Below the pieces are notes generated by a model. That model worked only from the letters and a program-made list of their open reading frames with translations. It was not told where the DNA came from and did not search any database. DNA of 64,000 nucleotides from Spirochaetota bacterium (lineage in GTDB: Bacteria > Spirochaetota > UBA4802 > JAFGDQ01): NCBI GenBank assembly GCA_043803405.1, contig JAZDKB010000041.1, positions 1 to 64,000 of the forward strand, given 5' to 3'. This document shows, piece after piece, positions 11,701 to 21,771 of the stretch. Each line of letters begins with the position of its first letter. Positions within the stretch are counted from its first letter, which is position 1. The translations under genes were made by a program, and so were the position numbers.

Positions 11701-11796
11701 ATTCTGGAAGATCTGGCACAGGAAATTGGCGCACTACTTGAGATTCAATCCATATCCGGGCATGGAAGCGTGATAAAGATTTCGATGATAGTTTAA
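8719..11796 (+). CDS. 7TM-DISM hybrid sensor kinase with HisKA-HATPase-REC and a second C-terminal NarX-type transmitter
   Basis: DISMED2-like extracellular domain (AYWVRF), 7TM block, SHELKTPL, NAIKFT/DTGIGI/GGTGLGL, REC (DDD, LDVMMP), then AKIHNSL, NNIVKH, DNGIGF, GSYGL. Confidence 0.9.
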   Translation: MKHSIYYFIFFIIIYFQSPLFALKPLILTEPKEEYPLGLHLEILEDREKKWKIEDASSPKLTEYFFQSSKETPNFGFIDYAYWVRFKLINKSHKEDWLLEISYPLLDQIEVYIPATYNNGKTRQNYIIKTAGENYPFYKRELKHQNFVFHLRILAGKEITYYIRFESTGSVQLPLTLLSPAAFSAKDHEQRIVLGLYYGIILALLLYNIFLFFSLRDKNYLYYVLYLASYGLLQLLLNGLASEYIWPDLPWWSNRSMPFLISVVLLWVSRFSSNFLVCHIYAPKTDKFFSALIFISIAGMLWSLFGNYYIALLISIGTMTLWIPAAISAGVISWRKGYRPARYFIIAWTTFLSGAFIYILRASGFIPNTFITTNSMQIGSALEVILLSLALADRIDIMKKEKEDAQALAIENLHKADKLKDEFLANTSHELKTPLNGIIGIAETMMDNANISQDQRLRLSLILSSGKRLLNMVNEILDISKLKHHDIILQQKPVDMRQVAELIVILSRPLLSGKPIILDNAIGEDLPPVLGDEDRIQQIMHNLIGNAIKFTESGTVKISAAVSSNGKTRDFIEIRISDTGIGIPEEKLESIFKSFEQADASISRLYGGTGLGLSITKQLIELHGGTIRVNSKPGAGSEFIFTIPVCTEREAEIRDADKDKIGTLKQDEAEEAIEITLPHADIQQGDRRILAVDDDPVNLQVVADQLSQDGYAVSMVSGGAEALNAIEKDNFDLVLLDVMMPRMSGYEVCRKIRQRYSLSELPVIMLTARDRVPDMIEGLESGANDYIAKPVSRGELLRRVKTHIENASYYKELKQLNEHLDSLMKDFSMLTAKIHNSLKNKLESLQNFLSHSIRVYDDREKLMENLRIAKNLVSHCSTESKNILFVTTHKECTITKFLDELELQAELAFSGSQIKHTINKNDLPLEKILSLEIILNLLEIYSEILNNIVKHSEASNVDITVQYADEHLSIIVSDNGIGFDYKVQRVKKGSYGLNILEDLAQEIGALLEIQSISGHGSVIKISMIV

Positions 11797-11804
11797 TTTT
11801 TATC

Positions 11805-11850
11805 TGTATCCGATAGGGGACAAGACAGTAACAATGAATACCAGTATAAT
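11805..11850 (+). promoter_or_regulatory. Putative response-regulator operator plus -10 element
   Basis: TGTATC-N6-GGGACA (11805-11822), 22 nt, TATAAT; same geometry as the site at 12584. Confidence 0.5.
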
Positions 11851-11896
11851 ATAATTTAACAACTCTTTTCAGGACAGAACCTGCGGGATAATTTTT

Positions 11897-12547
11897 ATGG
11901 AACCACAAAAAAATCGGATCAAGGTTTCGATTCTTGATGATAGCAAATCGTACAGGGATTCTTTAAAAAGGATCCTGAGCGAAGATGACCGCATCATAAT
12001 ATACAGCGAGTATGATTCAGGAAAAGCTTTTGTGATGGATGTGAATTCGCGGTTTAAACCGGATGTGTGTTTAATAGACGTTGTATTAAAAGACATGTCC
12101 GGTATTGAATGCGCAAGGCGGATAAAAGAGAAAAAGTCTGATATACGTATTGTGATCATGACCGCATATCCGGATAGTAATTCATTCTCTGAAGCAAGAA
12201 AAATAGGTGCCGATTACGTTGAAAAAGGACCGCGCCTGGAAGCGCTCCTCGATCATATAGTTACAACATCTGTCCCTGAACAGCAGGAAACCCTGATATC
12301 CTTAAGAAAGGACGGCCAGCTGAAAATAAGGCATATAGATCTGATCAATGAACTTGACGCCCTTGAGAAGCGCGCCGGCGAATTATCCGAAAACCAGATA
12401 ACGGCACTTAAGCTTAAAAAAAGCGGGAAAACCGTAAAGGAAATAGCGAAAATAATGGGAGTAGAGCCTGGCACAGTTCATACACATCTCAAGAGAGCTT
12501 CGAAAAAACTCAACTTGCCGGATCTGCTCGATTATATTATTGAATAA
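11897..12547 (+). CDS. NarL/LuxR-type response regulator
   Basis: REC (LDD, LIDVVL, MTAY, K) and C-terminal HTH (GKTVKEIAKIMGVEPGTVHTHL). Confidence 0.88.
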   Translation: MEPQKNRIKVSILDDSKSYRDSLKRILSEDDRIIIYSEYDSGKAFVMDVNSRFKPDVCLIDVVLKDMSGIECARRIKEKKSDIRIVIMTAYPDSNSFSEARKIGADYVEKGPRLEALLDHIVTTSVPEQQETLISLRKDGQLKIRHIDLINELDALEKRAGELSENQITALKLKKSGKTVKEIAKIMGVEPGTVHTHLKRASKKLNLPDLLDYIIE

Positions 12548-12583
12548 AACCAAAACAAAATCCTAGTTAAAAAATTCTTCGTT

Positions 12584-12629
12584 TGTATCAAATCGGATAC
12601 ACCCCATTTCAGCAAAGTTGTATTACTCT
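12584..12629 (+). promoter_or_regulatory. Palindromic operator TGTATC-N6-GATACA plus -10 element
   Basis: Perfect half-site palindrome 12584-12601, 22 nt, TACTCT 12624-12629, upstream of the lipoprotein genes. Confidence 0.55.
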
Positions 12630-12781
12630 TAACTGAAAGATAAAGAAATATTTACATAAATATCCCGGATTGAAATTTTTATGACGATTTTGGGAAAATA
12701 TAGAACTACATAAATAGATATTAGAATTTCCGAAAGATCTCTTGCCCATATCCGAAATTAAATAAATACAGGAGATAAGTT

Positions 12782-14629
12782 ATGAAAAAATTAATTTTAT
12801 ATTTTTTATTGCTAGCTTTAGTAATTGTCTTCCCGACCTGCGGAGGCGGAAGTAGCAGCAATAACGGAGGATCAAGTGGCGTACCAGTCACCTCTGTTTC
12901 ATTGAAAGCCAGTGCCATAATTTTAGTCAACGAGACAGAACAGCTTACCGCAACAATTACACCTGCAAATGCTACGAACCAGAATTTGACATGGAAAAGT
13001 TCTGACGATACAAAAGCGACAGTTTCCGCAAACGGCCTTGTAAATGGAATCAAGAAGGGAATTGCAGTAATAACTGTAACTTCAGAAGACGGAAGCTTTC
13101 AGGCTGCCTGCAATGTTACAGTCGACTCTATTGGCGTTATCGATATATCCCATAATGGAACACAGAGTTATTCATTCGGGTACAGAACCGATAATCAGGC
13201 GAAACGATTTCAAACCTTTATTGCTGACTATCATACAATACTTGATGGAGTTGAAGTAAAAATACAAAAAAATAACGGCACCCAGATATACAATAACATA
13301 TCAGTGGAACTATACGAAACCAGCGCCGGCCTTCCGACTACCAAATTAGCAGAAACAACAATGGATGTAACTTCGCTCGGAACTGTTCTAAAGGTAATGA
13401 GGGCAGAGTTAAAATATCAGAACCTTGTACCCGGAACAGAATATGCCATTGTCCTGGGCCAGGTGAATTTGGATACTGTTACTACTAATGGATTTTCATG
13501 GTGCACCAAACAGGTAAGTTCAGAATTGGATTTCGGCAAACTGGAAGGTTCGACGTGGACAGACGAATCTGTCAATGGCGACGGATGGCTTAAAGTTTAT
13601 GTCTACGGAGCTGATTATTCAAGACCCTATGCATGGTCTGATCCTGGTAATGGCGTGGACGACGTTGTATACAGTATTGCGATTGATTCAATCGGTAATG
13701 TTTACGCGAGCGGAAACTTTATCACAACCGGTAGCGGGATTACGGTAAATCGCATTGCAATGTGGAATGGAACTTCATGGTCTGCTCTTGGAACCGGGAT
13801 GGATGTTGGAACTGTACGTGCTCTTGCGATTGATTCACATAATAATCTCTATGCATGTGGAAATTTTTCAACTGCGGGAGGAGTCGCGGCTTCAGCTATC
13901 GCCAAATGGGATGGCACAACATGGTCAGCTCTGGGAAATGGTCTGGTTGGTTCGGTATCAGCACTTGCAATTGATTCAAACGACAACCTCTATGTCGGCG
14001 GTTACTTTACCGAAACTTACGGAGGCCTTACCGTAAATCGAGTTGCTAAATGGGACGGTACTTCATGGTCTGCTTTGGGAACCGGTATGAATGATTATGT
14101 CAATGCACTTGCTGTTGATTCAAATAACAATCTCTATGCAAGTGGTAACTTCACAACTGCAGGCGGAACAGCGGTAAATTATATTGCCAGGTGGGATGGA
14201 ACTTCCTGGTCTGCTTTGGGGGACGGTATGAATGATAGGGCCTATGTTCTTGCTGTCGATTCGCATAACAATCTTTATGCCGGAGGATGGTTTACAACAG
14301 CAGGCGGGAATACAGTAAATCATATTGCCAAGTGGGACGGTACAACATGGTCAGCTCTGGATACAGGAATGAATGATATTGTAACTGCACTGGCAGTTGA
14401 TTCTGCTGACAATCTCTATGCCGGCGGAAACTTCACAACAACCGGCGGGGGGAATCCTTTAAACTGTCTTGCCAGGTGGAACGGTACTTCATGGTCCATT
14501 TTAGGGGCAGGTGTGAATAGTTCGGTGTTTGCTCTGGCAGTTGATCCGGATGACAATATCTTTGCAGGCGGATATCTTACAAATGCGGGAGGCACTACGG
14601 TAAATCGTATGGCACGATGGGGACGTTGA
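12782..14629 (+). CDS. Surface lipoprotein: Big_2 Ig domain, shared ~160-aa domain, 7-blade beta-propeller
   Basis: Lipobox-like FPTC followed by GS linker; ATITPANATNQNLTWKSSD Big_2 signature; seven ~47-aa W(D/N)GTSWSALG..ALAVDS..LYAGG repeats. Confidence 0.8.
   Translation: MKKLILYFLLLALVIVFPTCGGGSSSNNGGSSGVPVTSVSLKASAIILVNETEQLTATITPANATNQNLTWKSSDDTKATVSANGLVNGIKKGIAVITVTSEDGSFQAACNVTVDSIGVIDISHNGTQSYSFGYRTDNQAKRFQTFIADYHTILDGVEVKIQKNNGTQIYNNISVELYETSAGLPTTKLAETTMDVTSLGTVLKVMRAELKYQNLVPGTEYAIVLGQVNLDTVTTNGFSWCTKQVSSELDFGKLEGSTWTDESVNGDGWLKVYVYGADYSRPYAWSDPGNGVDDVVYSIAIDSIGNVYASGNFITTGSGITVNRIAMWNGTSWSALGTGMDVGTVRALAIDSHNNLYACGNFSTAGGVAASAIAKWDGTTWSALGNGLVGSVSALAIDSNDNLYVGGYFTETYGGLTVNRVAKWDGTSWSALGTGMNDYVNALAVDSNNNLYASGNFTTAGGTAVNYIARWDGTSWSALGDGMNDRAYVLAVDSHNNLYAGGWFTTAGGNTVNHIAKWDGTTWSALDTGMNDIVTALAVDSADNLYAGGNFTTTGGGNPLNCLARWNGTSWSILGAGVNSSVFALAVDPDDNIFAGGYLTNAGGTTVNRMARWGR
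13633..14626 (+). repeat. Seven intragenic ~141-144 bp tandem coding repeats (propeller blades)
   Basis: Recurrent TGGGA(C/T)GG(T/A)ACTTCATGGTC motif, in frame. Confidence 0.85.
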
Positions 14630-14767
14630 TGTAAACTCATCAGGCAGCATATTTTCTTGTGACGATTTGTGTCAAAACAGAACTAGCTAAACAGGAAAGG
14701 CTTAATTGTAGATACAGCAGAACAAACCGGTTAATTTAATAAATAAATATTTAAGAGGAGTTAAGTT

Positions 14768-15898
14768 ATGAAAAAATCTGGATTTTTATTATTGGTTTTA
14801 GCAATCGCTTTTTCTTCGTGCGGCGGAGGAAGCAGTAGCAACGGAGGAGGCGGCAACAGCGGGGGAGGCGAAAGCAGCGGTATTATAGATGTTTCCAACA
14901 CAGGCAACTGCATATACCCTAACGCTTTTTCTTTCGGCTATAAAAACAATGACCAGGCAAAACGTTTCCAGACATTTATAGCAGATTGCCATACGAAACT
15001 TGACGGAGTGGAAGTAAAAATCAAAAAAAATAACGGCACCCAGACATACAACAATGTTTCAGTGGAGCTGTACGATACCAAGACAGGCCTGCCGTCAAAT
15101 AAGCTTGCGGAAACAACAATAGGTATTGCTTCTGTCGGGACCGAGTCTGCTGTAATAAGAGCAGAATTAAAATACCTGAACCTTGTTCCAGGTGCGGAAT
15201 ATGCTATTGTACTTGGTCAGGTGAATCTGGATGATACAACCGCAGGGTTTGAATGGTGTACTTATGAGGTTAATTCAGAATTGAATTTCGGCAAGTTGGA
15301 AGGATCGACCTGGATAGATGAATTCGGCCTGGGCGACGGATGGCTTAAGGTGTACGTTTCCGGAAGCCTTTGTTCGACGTTGACCAAACCCTATTATACA
15401 GGTACAATTACTGTGGTTTCAGAAGATACAGTTGCTAACTGCACACATACATACGATAATCATGCAACATTTAATATTTTACTGGAGAATGTTCCATCGT
15501 TTCCCAGCACGGACGGCATGGAATGGCGAAATTCCCAGGCCGTAAGTATAACTGGCAGTATTCTTGAAACAACATCTGGCAGCTGCTTTGGAGCATATGA
15601 CTTGTTGACAAGCAACGGCCCCCAAGCTGTTACACCATCAGCATCAACGTTTCCTGTAACTTTAATACTTTGGAATTCAAATAAATATGCATTAGTGGTT
15701 AGTACTATTGCATTTCCTAACTGCACTTATCAGATGGGATCTTTAAGTGGTACTGTGGCTGGTATGATCATTGTTCCCTATATTGAAGTTATACCAATCC
15801 CGGCAGATCCGTCTCATCTTATTGGTGAAACAACTGTCACTGTTCCTTTGGCCGACAATGATGTAAAGGTATCCTGGGATTTGAAACGGATAGACTAA
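14768..15898 (+). CDS. Lipoprotein paralogue with the shared ~160-aa domain and a different C-terminal module
   Basis: Lipobox FSSC, Gly/Ser linker; QAKRFQTFIAD ... GDGWLKVYV nearly identical to the 12782 gene. Confidence 0.75.
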   Translation: MKKSGFLLLVLAIAFSSCGGGSSSNGGGGNSGGGESSGIIDVSNTGNCIYPNAFSFGYKNNDQAKRFQTFIADCHTKLDGVEVKIKKNNGTQTYNNVSVELYDTKTGLPSNKLAETTIGIASVGTESAVIRAELKYLNLVPGAEYAIVLGQVNLDDTTAGFEWCTYEVNSELNFGKLEGSTWIDEFGLGDGWLKVYVSGSLCSTLTKPYYTGTITVVSEDTVANCTHTYDNHATFNILLENVPSFPSTDGMEWRNSQAVSITGSILETTSGSCFGAYDLLTSNGPQAVTPSASTFPVTLILWNSNKYALVVSTIAFPNCTYQMGSLSGTVAGMIIVPYIEVIPIPADPSHLIGETTVTVPLADNDVKVSWDLKRID

Positions 15899-15983
15899 GA
15901 TATACTTAATTTAGAAAGATTTTCATGAAGTTTTAAATAAGTTAGTAAATTACCAATTAAAATTGGAAATAGTGGAGATATTT

Positions 15984-16559
15984 ATGAAAAAATCTGTATG
16001 CTTATTAGGAATTGCTTTTATTGTATTTTGCACTTTAAAGGCCCATGCAGCAAACAAGTACGATATTAAATCCAGCATAATAACTCTGGAAACCGTGCTT
16101 AAGGTCGGCAAGACAGAAATGAAAATGACCAAGATAGTTTATTTCGATGATTTTGGCGCAAAAGAACGCGAGGAAACCTATTCCAACGGCAAGCTTAACG
16201 GTGTGCGTTTTACAGACGGAAAAGACAAAATCTCTTTGAATCTCAGCAAGAAAACTGCAGCAAAAGAAGGCTCAGGCGACAGAGGGCTCGGACCGCGTGT
16301 GGATATAGACTTTTTTGGAACAACCAAAGATATCGAATCCGGACTTGTTAAAAAGATTGCGCCTATGACACTCGCAGGCCAGAGCTGCGATGTGTTTGAA
16401 GTAAAGAAGGGAAAAACTCCACAAACTTATGCAGCATGGAAAAAGGTAATGGTGTATACGAAGACCGACAGTACTGTTATAAAAGCGGTAAAGATTGAGC
16501 CCAATGCAGTTATCCCGAAAGATAAATTTCAGGTTCCGTCAGGATATACGCTGCGTTAG
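15984..16559 (+). CDS. Secreted hypothetical protein
   Basis: Signal peptide ending AHA; FDDFGAKE, LAGQSC and terminal FQVP motifs; ATG 15984 preferred over TTG 15963. Confidence 0.6.
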   Translation: MKKSVCLLGIAFIVFCTLKAHAANKYDIKSSIITLETVLKVGKTEMKMTKIVYFDDFGAKEREETYSNGKLNGVRFTDGKDKISLNLSKKTAAKEGSGDRGLGPRVDIDFFGTTKDIESGLVKKIAPMTLAGQSCDVFEVKKGKTPQTYAAWKKVMVYTKTDSTVIKAVKIEPNAVIPKDKFQVPSGYTLR

Positions 16560-16660
16560 CTTTCTGCTAAGAAAAAATATTGACCGCAAAGTTATTAAAA
16601 TTTTGAAATAGCATCCAGTTTAACCTGCCGGAAAAGGAAAATCTAAATGGAGAGTTCAAT

Positions 16661-17506
16661 ATGAAAATATTTAGAATCATTGTATTTGTTTTTTTATCAG
16701 CGCTGTTAATTAGTCCGGCGCTTTTTGCCCAGGAAGACTTCCAGGGAAGCAAGGATCACCCGCTGTTAACCAGGATGCCGCGCTATTATATCGGACATTG
16801 CGCAAAGAATGACTTCGATAAAATGAGTTTCGAGGACAGCAAAGGCAAGCCGGTCGAAGTTGAAGGCCGCTACACAGAGCTGAATTATCGCGCGAAAGAT
16901 GATCCCAGCATTGTTTCTCCGATCAAAATAGGCAGAAATTATCAAAATGCAATAACAAAGATCGGCGGCAAAATATTGTTCCAGAACCTTAACTCCGGTG
17001 GCGGTGAAACCACAATGAAAGTGACCCGCGGCAAGGAGGAAATATGGGTAAAAGTACGGATTGGCGACAGTGGAAGAAACTACCAGGTGTTCATCATTGA
17101 AAAAGCTGCGATGGCGCAGGAAGTAACAGCAAACGCTGACGCATGGAAATCCGATATCAATGCAACAGGACATGCGGCAGTCTACGGCATTAATTTTGAT
17201 ACAGACAAGGCTGTTATCAAGAGCGGATCGGAAGCAGTACTCAAAGAGATAGCAACGCTGCTCAAAAAGAATCCTTCTTTAAATATCCGTCTGGTGGGTC
17301 ATACTGATTCTGTAGGTGATTTTGCTCACAATATGACATTATCGGAGGCGCGCGCTAAGGCTGTAATGGCCGCTCTGACAAGCCAGCATGGCATTGCTGC
17401 AGCAAGACTGTCGGCACATGGTGTGGGCCCGCTCACTCCTGTGTCATCTAACGATAGCGAAGAAGGCCGCTCAAAGAACCGCAGGGTCGAGATCGTAAAA
17501 AAATAA
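16661..17506 (+). CDS. OmpA-family periplasmic protein (DUF4892-like N-terminus)
   Basis: Signal peptide, GSKDHPLLTRMP, YGINFDTDKA, VGHTD, LSEARA, NRRVEIV. Confidence 0.88.
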   Translation: MKIFRIIVFVFLSALLISPALFAQEDFQGSKDHPLLTRMPRYYIGHCAKNDFDKMSFEDSKGKPVEVEGRYTELNYRAKDDPSIVSPIKIGRNYQNAITKIGGKILFQNLNSGGGETTMKVTRGKEEIWVKVRIGDSGRNYQVFIIEKAAMAQEVTANADAWKSDINATGHAAVYGINFDTDKAVIKSGSEAVLKEIATLLKKNPSLNIRLVGHTDSVGDFAHNMTLSEARAKAVMAALTSQHGIAAARLSAHGVGPLTPVSSNDSEEGRSKNRRVEIVKK

Positions 17507-17644
17507 GCAGCATAATTTAACAATAATATTTCGGAAAAAGTCAGCCAGGATGAGTAATTGAACCGGAGCTAATATATTTTAAGATAATCAGATCTGATAT
17601 CCGCTGTATAGCTCATCAGGATTATAAAAAAACGATTTACAGGC

Positions 17645-17678
17645 AAAAAAACCGGCGGGTAATCCCGCCGGTTTTTTT
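17645..17678. terminator. Bidirectional intrinsic terminator
   Basis: A7-CCGGCGGG-TAAT-CCCGCCGG-T7 between convergent genes. Confidence 0.9.
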
Positions 17679-17704
17679 ATAATAATTCATCGATAAACCA
17701 TATA

Positions 17705-18523
17705 TTATGTAGGAGACATAGTAGATAATTCTTTTTTAAATGACCAGTAATATACTGCTCCGATAAAAATGAATCCGCCTACAATATTTCCGAGTGTAAC
17801 AGGGATCAGGTTCCAGGTAATGAACTGGCCCCATGTGACATTCGCACCTAGTATAATACCGGTAGGAATAAAATACATGTTTGCAACACTATGCTCAAAT
17901 CCTGAAGCAACGAAAGCCATAATCGGGAACCATATTCCGAAGAATTTGCCGATCATGTTTTTCGATGATATAGCCAGAAGAATTGCCACGTTAACAAGAA
18001 GGTTACATGCAATCCCTTTCATAAAAGCAGACCATAGACCCATGCCGCCTGCTGCTATATAAGGAAGCGTCTTTGCTTCTGCAATAGCAATTGCACTTTG
18101 TCCAAATGCAGTTAGTTCAGCGCTGCCGCCTTTGCTGAATGGACCCACTGACATCAGGTAAGCCCAGAAAATAGAGCCGATAAAGTTTCCTATATAGACC
18201 CAGAACCATGCGTTGAGAACCCTGCTCCATGTGGTCTTTTTCTGAAAAACACCCATGGGGATAAGCATTGTATCGCCTGTGAAAAGTGACATGCCAGTCA
18301 GGACGATCGCAATGAGTCCTACAGGGAAGACAGCGCCGGCTATCAGGGATTTGAGACCTGGAATAGGGATTCCCGTGCCGCAGACAGTGGCTAGTGCGCC
18401 TCCGACTGCGATAAAAAGTCCGGCCATAAATGCTCTTACAAGTAAGTTTGAGGGCGTAAGTGCTGCCTTATACTTTCCTGCATCTCCTGCGAGTTGAACG
18501 ATTTCAACTGGTTTGTTTGCCAT
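17705..18523 (-). CDS. Formate/nitrite transporter family channel (FdhC/FocA-like)
   Basis: FPVGLIAIVLTGMSLFTG, VYIGNFIG, GIACNLLVN, GFEHSVANM, VTLGNIVGG. Confidence 0.93.
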   Translation of the reverse strand: MANKPVEIVQLAGDAGKYKAALTPSNLLVRAFMAGLFIAVGGALATVCGTGIPIPGLKSLIAGAVFPVGLIAIVLTGMSLFTGDTMLIPMGVFQKKTTWSRVLNAWFWVYIGNFIGSIFWAYLMSVGPFSKGGSAELTAFGQSAIAIAEAKTLPYIAAGGMGLWSAFMKGIACNLLVNVAILLAISSKNMIGKFFGIWFPIMAFVASGFEHSVANMYFIPTGIILGANVTWGQFITWNLIPVTLGNIVGGFIFIGAVYYWSFKKELSTMSPT

Positions 18524-18848
18524 AAATCCTCCTTTAAATATTTAAAAAATTTATTATTGCCTGCGAATAGACTATTTCAATTTTACATGAAAAAATCGTA
18601 TACTCAGGTATATTGCATATCCGGTAGTGTGCATCTATTGTAAAAATACATTTAATACAGACTTAAATGCTAAGTTCTAAAAAAATGGTCAAAAAGTCAA
18701 TTGAATTTTCGGAAGATTTTAAAAGAGGTTTCGTTCGGGTTTCTGATGCAGGTTTATTATTTGACATAAGAAATAAATAACAGTATACTTTAAAAGTTTC
18801 GCCTTGAATTGCTTTTTGAAATATGTTTCTATAAAAAGGACATCCCGA

Positions 18849-21722
18849 ATGCACCTGATGAAACATTGCTTACTAACAATTTTAATCGCACTTTTTGCAC
18901 CTATTCCGTTTTCGGGATGCGGCCGGTCGCAGGCGGAGAGTATGCCTTCCGGCATAGTTGTCGGCCGTTACCAGGTAATGGAAGACCGAAGCGGCGAACT
19001 GACCATTTATCAGGTTATTAATCAACGCAGCAATTTTTATACAAGTACATCAGCAATTCCAAGCTATTATTATACTTATTCTGCATACTGGTTTCGCATT
19101 TCCGTACATAATAAATCCGTAGAAAATAGAAAATTATACCTGGATGTAAAACATCCATTACTGGATAGTGTAACACTCCATGTTGTCGATTCATCGGCCG
19201 GACCTTCGCAGATTGTCCGGTCGGGTGATGGCATACTGGTCCGCGACAGGCCGTATAATGCAGTTAACATGGTGTTGCCTTTTCATCTTCAAGCGGGACA
19301 GACTGCTGATCTTTATTTACGTGTACGTGCCGATGCCGCTTCGATGATTGTGCCCTTTGAGGTGATGGGCGAAGCTGCATTGCATGCGTCGCAAATGCAG
19401 GAACGCGTTTTTCATGGCATTATTCTCGGGATATTTGCTGCATTGTTCATTTATAACCTGGTTATTTTTATTGTTATCAGGAGAAGGAACTTTCTTTATT
19501 ATCTGGTTTACCTTCCGTTAGCTTATATAACGATAAGTATCCTCGACGGTTTCGGATCTGTTTTATTATTTCCCGATTCAACCTGGCTGAGCAATGAAGG
19601 CCTTGCTCTTTTTGCCGGTCTAAGCTTTGTTTTCATTCTATTGTTCAGCAGGGCATTTCTCCATACAAATGAGTACAAACAACTTGATTTATCTCTTAAA
19701 ATTCTGATAGGCGTAAATTTATTCATATCAGTTTCACCCTTTATATTGCCGGTTCAGGTTACGTATAAATTAGCCTTATTCATGGCATTCATCTTTCCGA
19801 TTGTCGGCACAATATTAGGTATTTTTTTCTGGCGCCGCGGTCATACGGAAGCCAGAATTTATATATTCGGACAAGGGGCATCCTGGATTGGTATGCTTGC
19901 TTTTGGACTAATGGTTATCGGTGTGCTGCCTTTTAATTTTATTTTGTATGAGAGTATTGCCATCAGCATTGCTGTTGATGCGCTGATGCTTTCCCTGGCT
20001 CTGGCTGACCGTATTCGTATTTTGCAAAAAGCAAAACTTCTGGCAGAAGATAAGGCTGTCAGGAACCTAGAAATACGCAGGGATGAGCTGGAAAAAATTG
20101 TGACCGAGAGAACAGCTGAAATACGGAGCGTAATGCTAAATCTTTCCGAGCTTAAGGAAAAGGCCGAAGCTGCTACAAAGGCCAAGAGCGAATTTTTAGC
20201 CAATATGTCGCATGAGATACGCACACCCATGAATGCAGTCATAGGATTCTGTGATCTGCTGAAAAACACTCATCTGAACCAGCAGCAGACAGAGTATGTC
20301 GAAATGGTATACGGCAGCGGGGAATTGCTGATATCGCTGATAAACGATATACTCGATATGTCCAAAATAGAATCCGGAAAGATGATGCTCGAAAGCATCG
20401 ACTTTGATATGGAATACCTGATTGCCAATGTAATGAAATTACTGCGGCTGCGGGCAAGCACCAAAGATATTGAACTGCATGTTATTTATCTTGAAAATGT
20501 ACCGCGGAATTTCAAGGGAGACCCGACTCGAATCAGGCAGGTTCTTATAAATCTTGCAGGCAATGCGATTAAATTTACAGACAAGGGAGATGTTACACTT
20601 CGCGTAAGCATGGACAGCAAACAGGTGGCCGGAATCGACTACATGCCCGGGATTAAAATATCCGTAAAAGATACCGGCATCGGCATTCCCAAAGACAAAC
20701 TGGAGCAAGTCTTTGAATCTTTTACACAGGTAGATTCATCAATAACCCGCAAGTTCGGAGGTACAGGCCTGGGGCTCACAATTACAAAAAAACTGATAGA
20801 GATGATGGGCGGTACAATCAGCGTTAACTCAGAACCTGGCAAAGGTACAGAGTTTGTATTTACGCTTCAGCTTATACAGGGTCAACCTGCTGTTGAAAAG
20901 GATATAAAACCAGTTGAAATAACCCAATTAAAAAGTAAAAAAGTTCTTATTCTGGATGATAACGCCAACGCACGGGAAATACTGGAAAATTATTGCATGG
21001 CAATAGGAATGGATATTGCTTATTGCTCTGCATCAGCTGAAGATGCTCTGGGATGGTTGAAGCGCAAGGAGGACAATATAGACATTGTTTTGTGCGATCT
21101 TAAAATGCCTGGCATGGATGGATTTACTTTTGCAAAGCTGCTGCGCCTGAATGATTCCCTGAAAAACATCAGGCTCGTAGCCCTTACTTCCGACGCTGCT
21201 CCGGGAGTGGCAGCTCAGTCCGAAAAAGCCGGATTCGATGCGTATCTTTCCAAGCCATTCACCCACAAAGAATTATACGAAATTATGCGTACAGTATTAG
21301 GTGACAGAAGACATGAAAAAGACCAGATCATCACGCGCCACCTTGCGCAGGAACTGATAGCAAAAGGGATTTCCGTACTTGTAGTAGAAGACAATGAAAT
21401 AAACCGGAAATTGATGGGTTATCTTTTAACACAGTTAGGATGTGTTTTTGATATGGCCTGCGACGGGAAAGAAGCTCTCGCCAGTTTATCTAAAAAAAAA
21501 TATGATATTATTTTAATGGATATTGAAATGCCGGTCATGGATGGGATTGAAGCGACAAAAGCCATACGCAATGAACTCCGGATAAAAACGCCTGTTATTG
21601 CTATTACCGCCCAGGTTTTCGGAGAAGATAAGGAAAAATGCATTGAGGCTGGTATGGATGATTATCTCGGCAAACCCATTGATAAAGAAAAATTAAAAGA
21701 AAAAATATTATTCTGGGCCTAA
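18849..21722 (+). CDS. 7TM-DISM hybrid histidine kinase with two receiver domains
   Basis: SAYWFR extracellular domain, 7TM block, [23 protein letters not shown], two REC domains; ATG 18849 or 18858 more likely than TTG 18804. Confidence 0.92.
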   Translation: MHLMKHCLLTILIALFAPIPFSGCGRSQAESMPSGIVVGRYQVMEDRSGELTIYQVINQRSNFYTSTSAIPSYYYTYSAYWFRISVHNKSVENRKLYLDVKHPLLDSVTLHVVDSSAGPSQIVRSGDGILVRDRPYNAVNMVLPFHLQAGQTADLYLRVRADAASMIVPFEVMGEAALHASQMQERVFHGIILGIFAALFIYNLVIFIVIRRRNFLYYLVYLPLAYITISILDGFGSVLLFPDSTWLSNEGLALFAGLSFVFILLFSRAFLHTNEYKQLDLSLKILIGVNLFISVSPFILPVQVTYKLALFMAFIFPIVGTILGIFFWRRGHTEARIYIFGQGASWIGMLAFGLMVIGVLPFNFILYESIAISIAVDALMLSLALADRIRILQKAKLLAEDKAVRNLEIRRDELEKIVTERTAEIRSVMLNLSELKEKAEAATKAKSEFLANMSHEIRTPMNAVIGFCDLLKNTHLNQQQTEYVEMVYGSGELLISLINDILDMSKIESGKMMLESIDFDMEYLIANVMKLLRLRASTKDIELHVIYLENVPRNFKGDPTRIRQVLINLAGNAIKFTDKGDVTLRVSMDSKQVAGIDYMPGIKISVKDTGIGIPKDKLEQVFESFTQVDSSITRKFGGTGLGLTITKKLIEMMGGTISVNSEPGKGTEFVFTLQLIQGQPAVEKDIKPVEITQLKSKKVLILDDNANAREILENYCMAIGMDIAYCSASAEDALGWLKRKEDNIDIVLCDLKMPGMDGFTFAKLLRLNDSLKNIRLVALTSDAAPGVAAQSEKAGFDAYLSKPFTHKELYEIMRTVLGDRRHEKDQIITRHLAQELIAKGISVLVVEDNEINRKLMGYLLTQLGCVFDMACDGKEALASLSKKKYDIILMDIEMPVMDGIEATKAIRNELRIKTPVIAITAQVFGEDKEKCIEAGMDDYLGKPIDKEKLKEKILFWA

Positions 21723-21771
21723 AAATAGCAGTTGTTAAATAACAATATTTTGTTTAAAGGAGCGCTGTCAA

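Noticed and set aside
13633..14626. Regular repeats as a CRISPR array or DGR template/variable region
   Set aside because: They are in-frame ~47-aa coding repeats with mostly synonymous variation; no spacers, cas genes or reverse transcriptase are present
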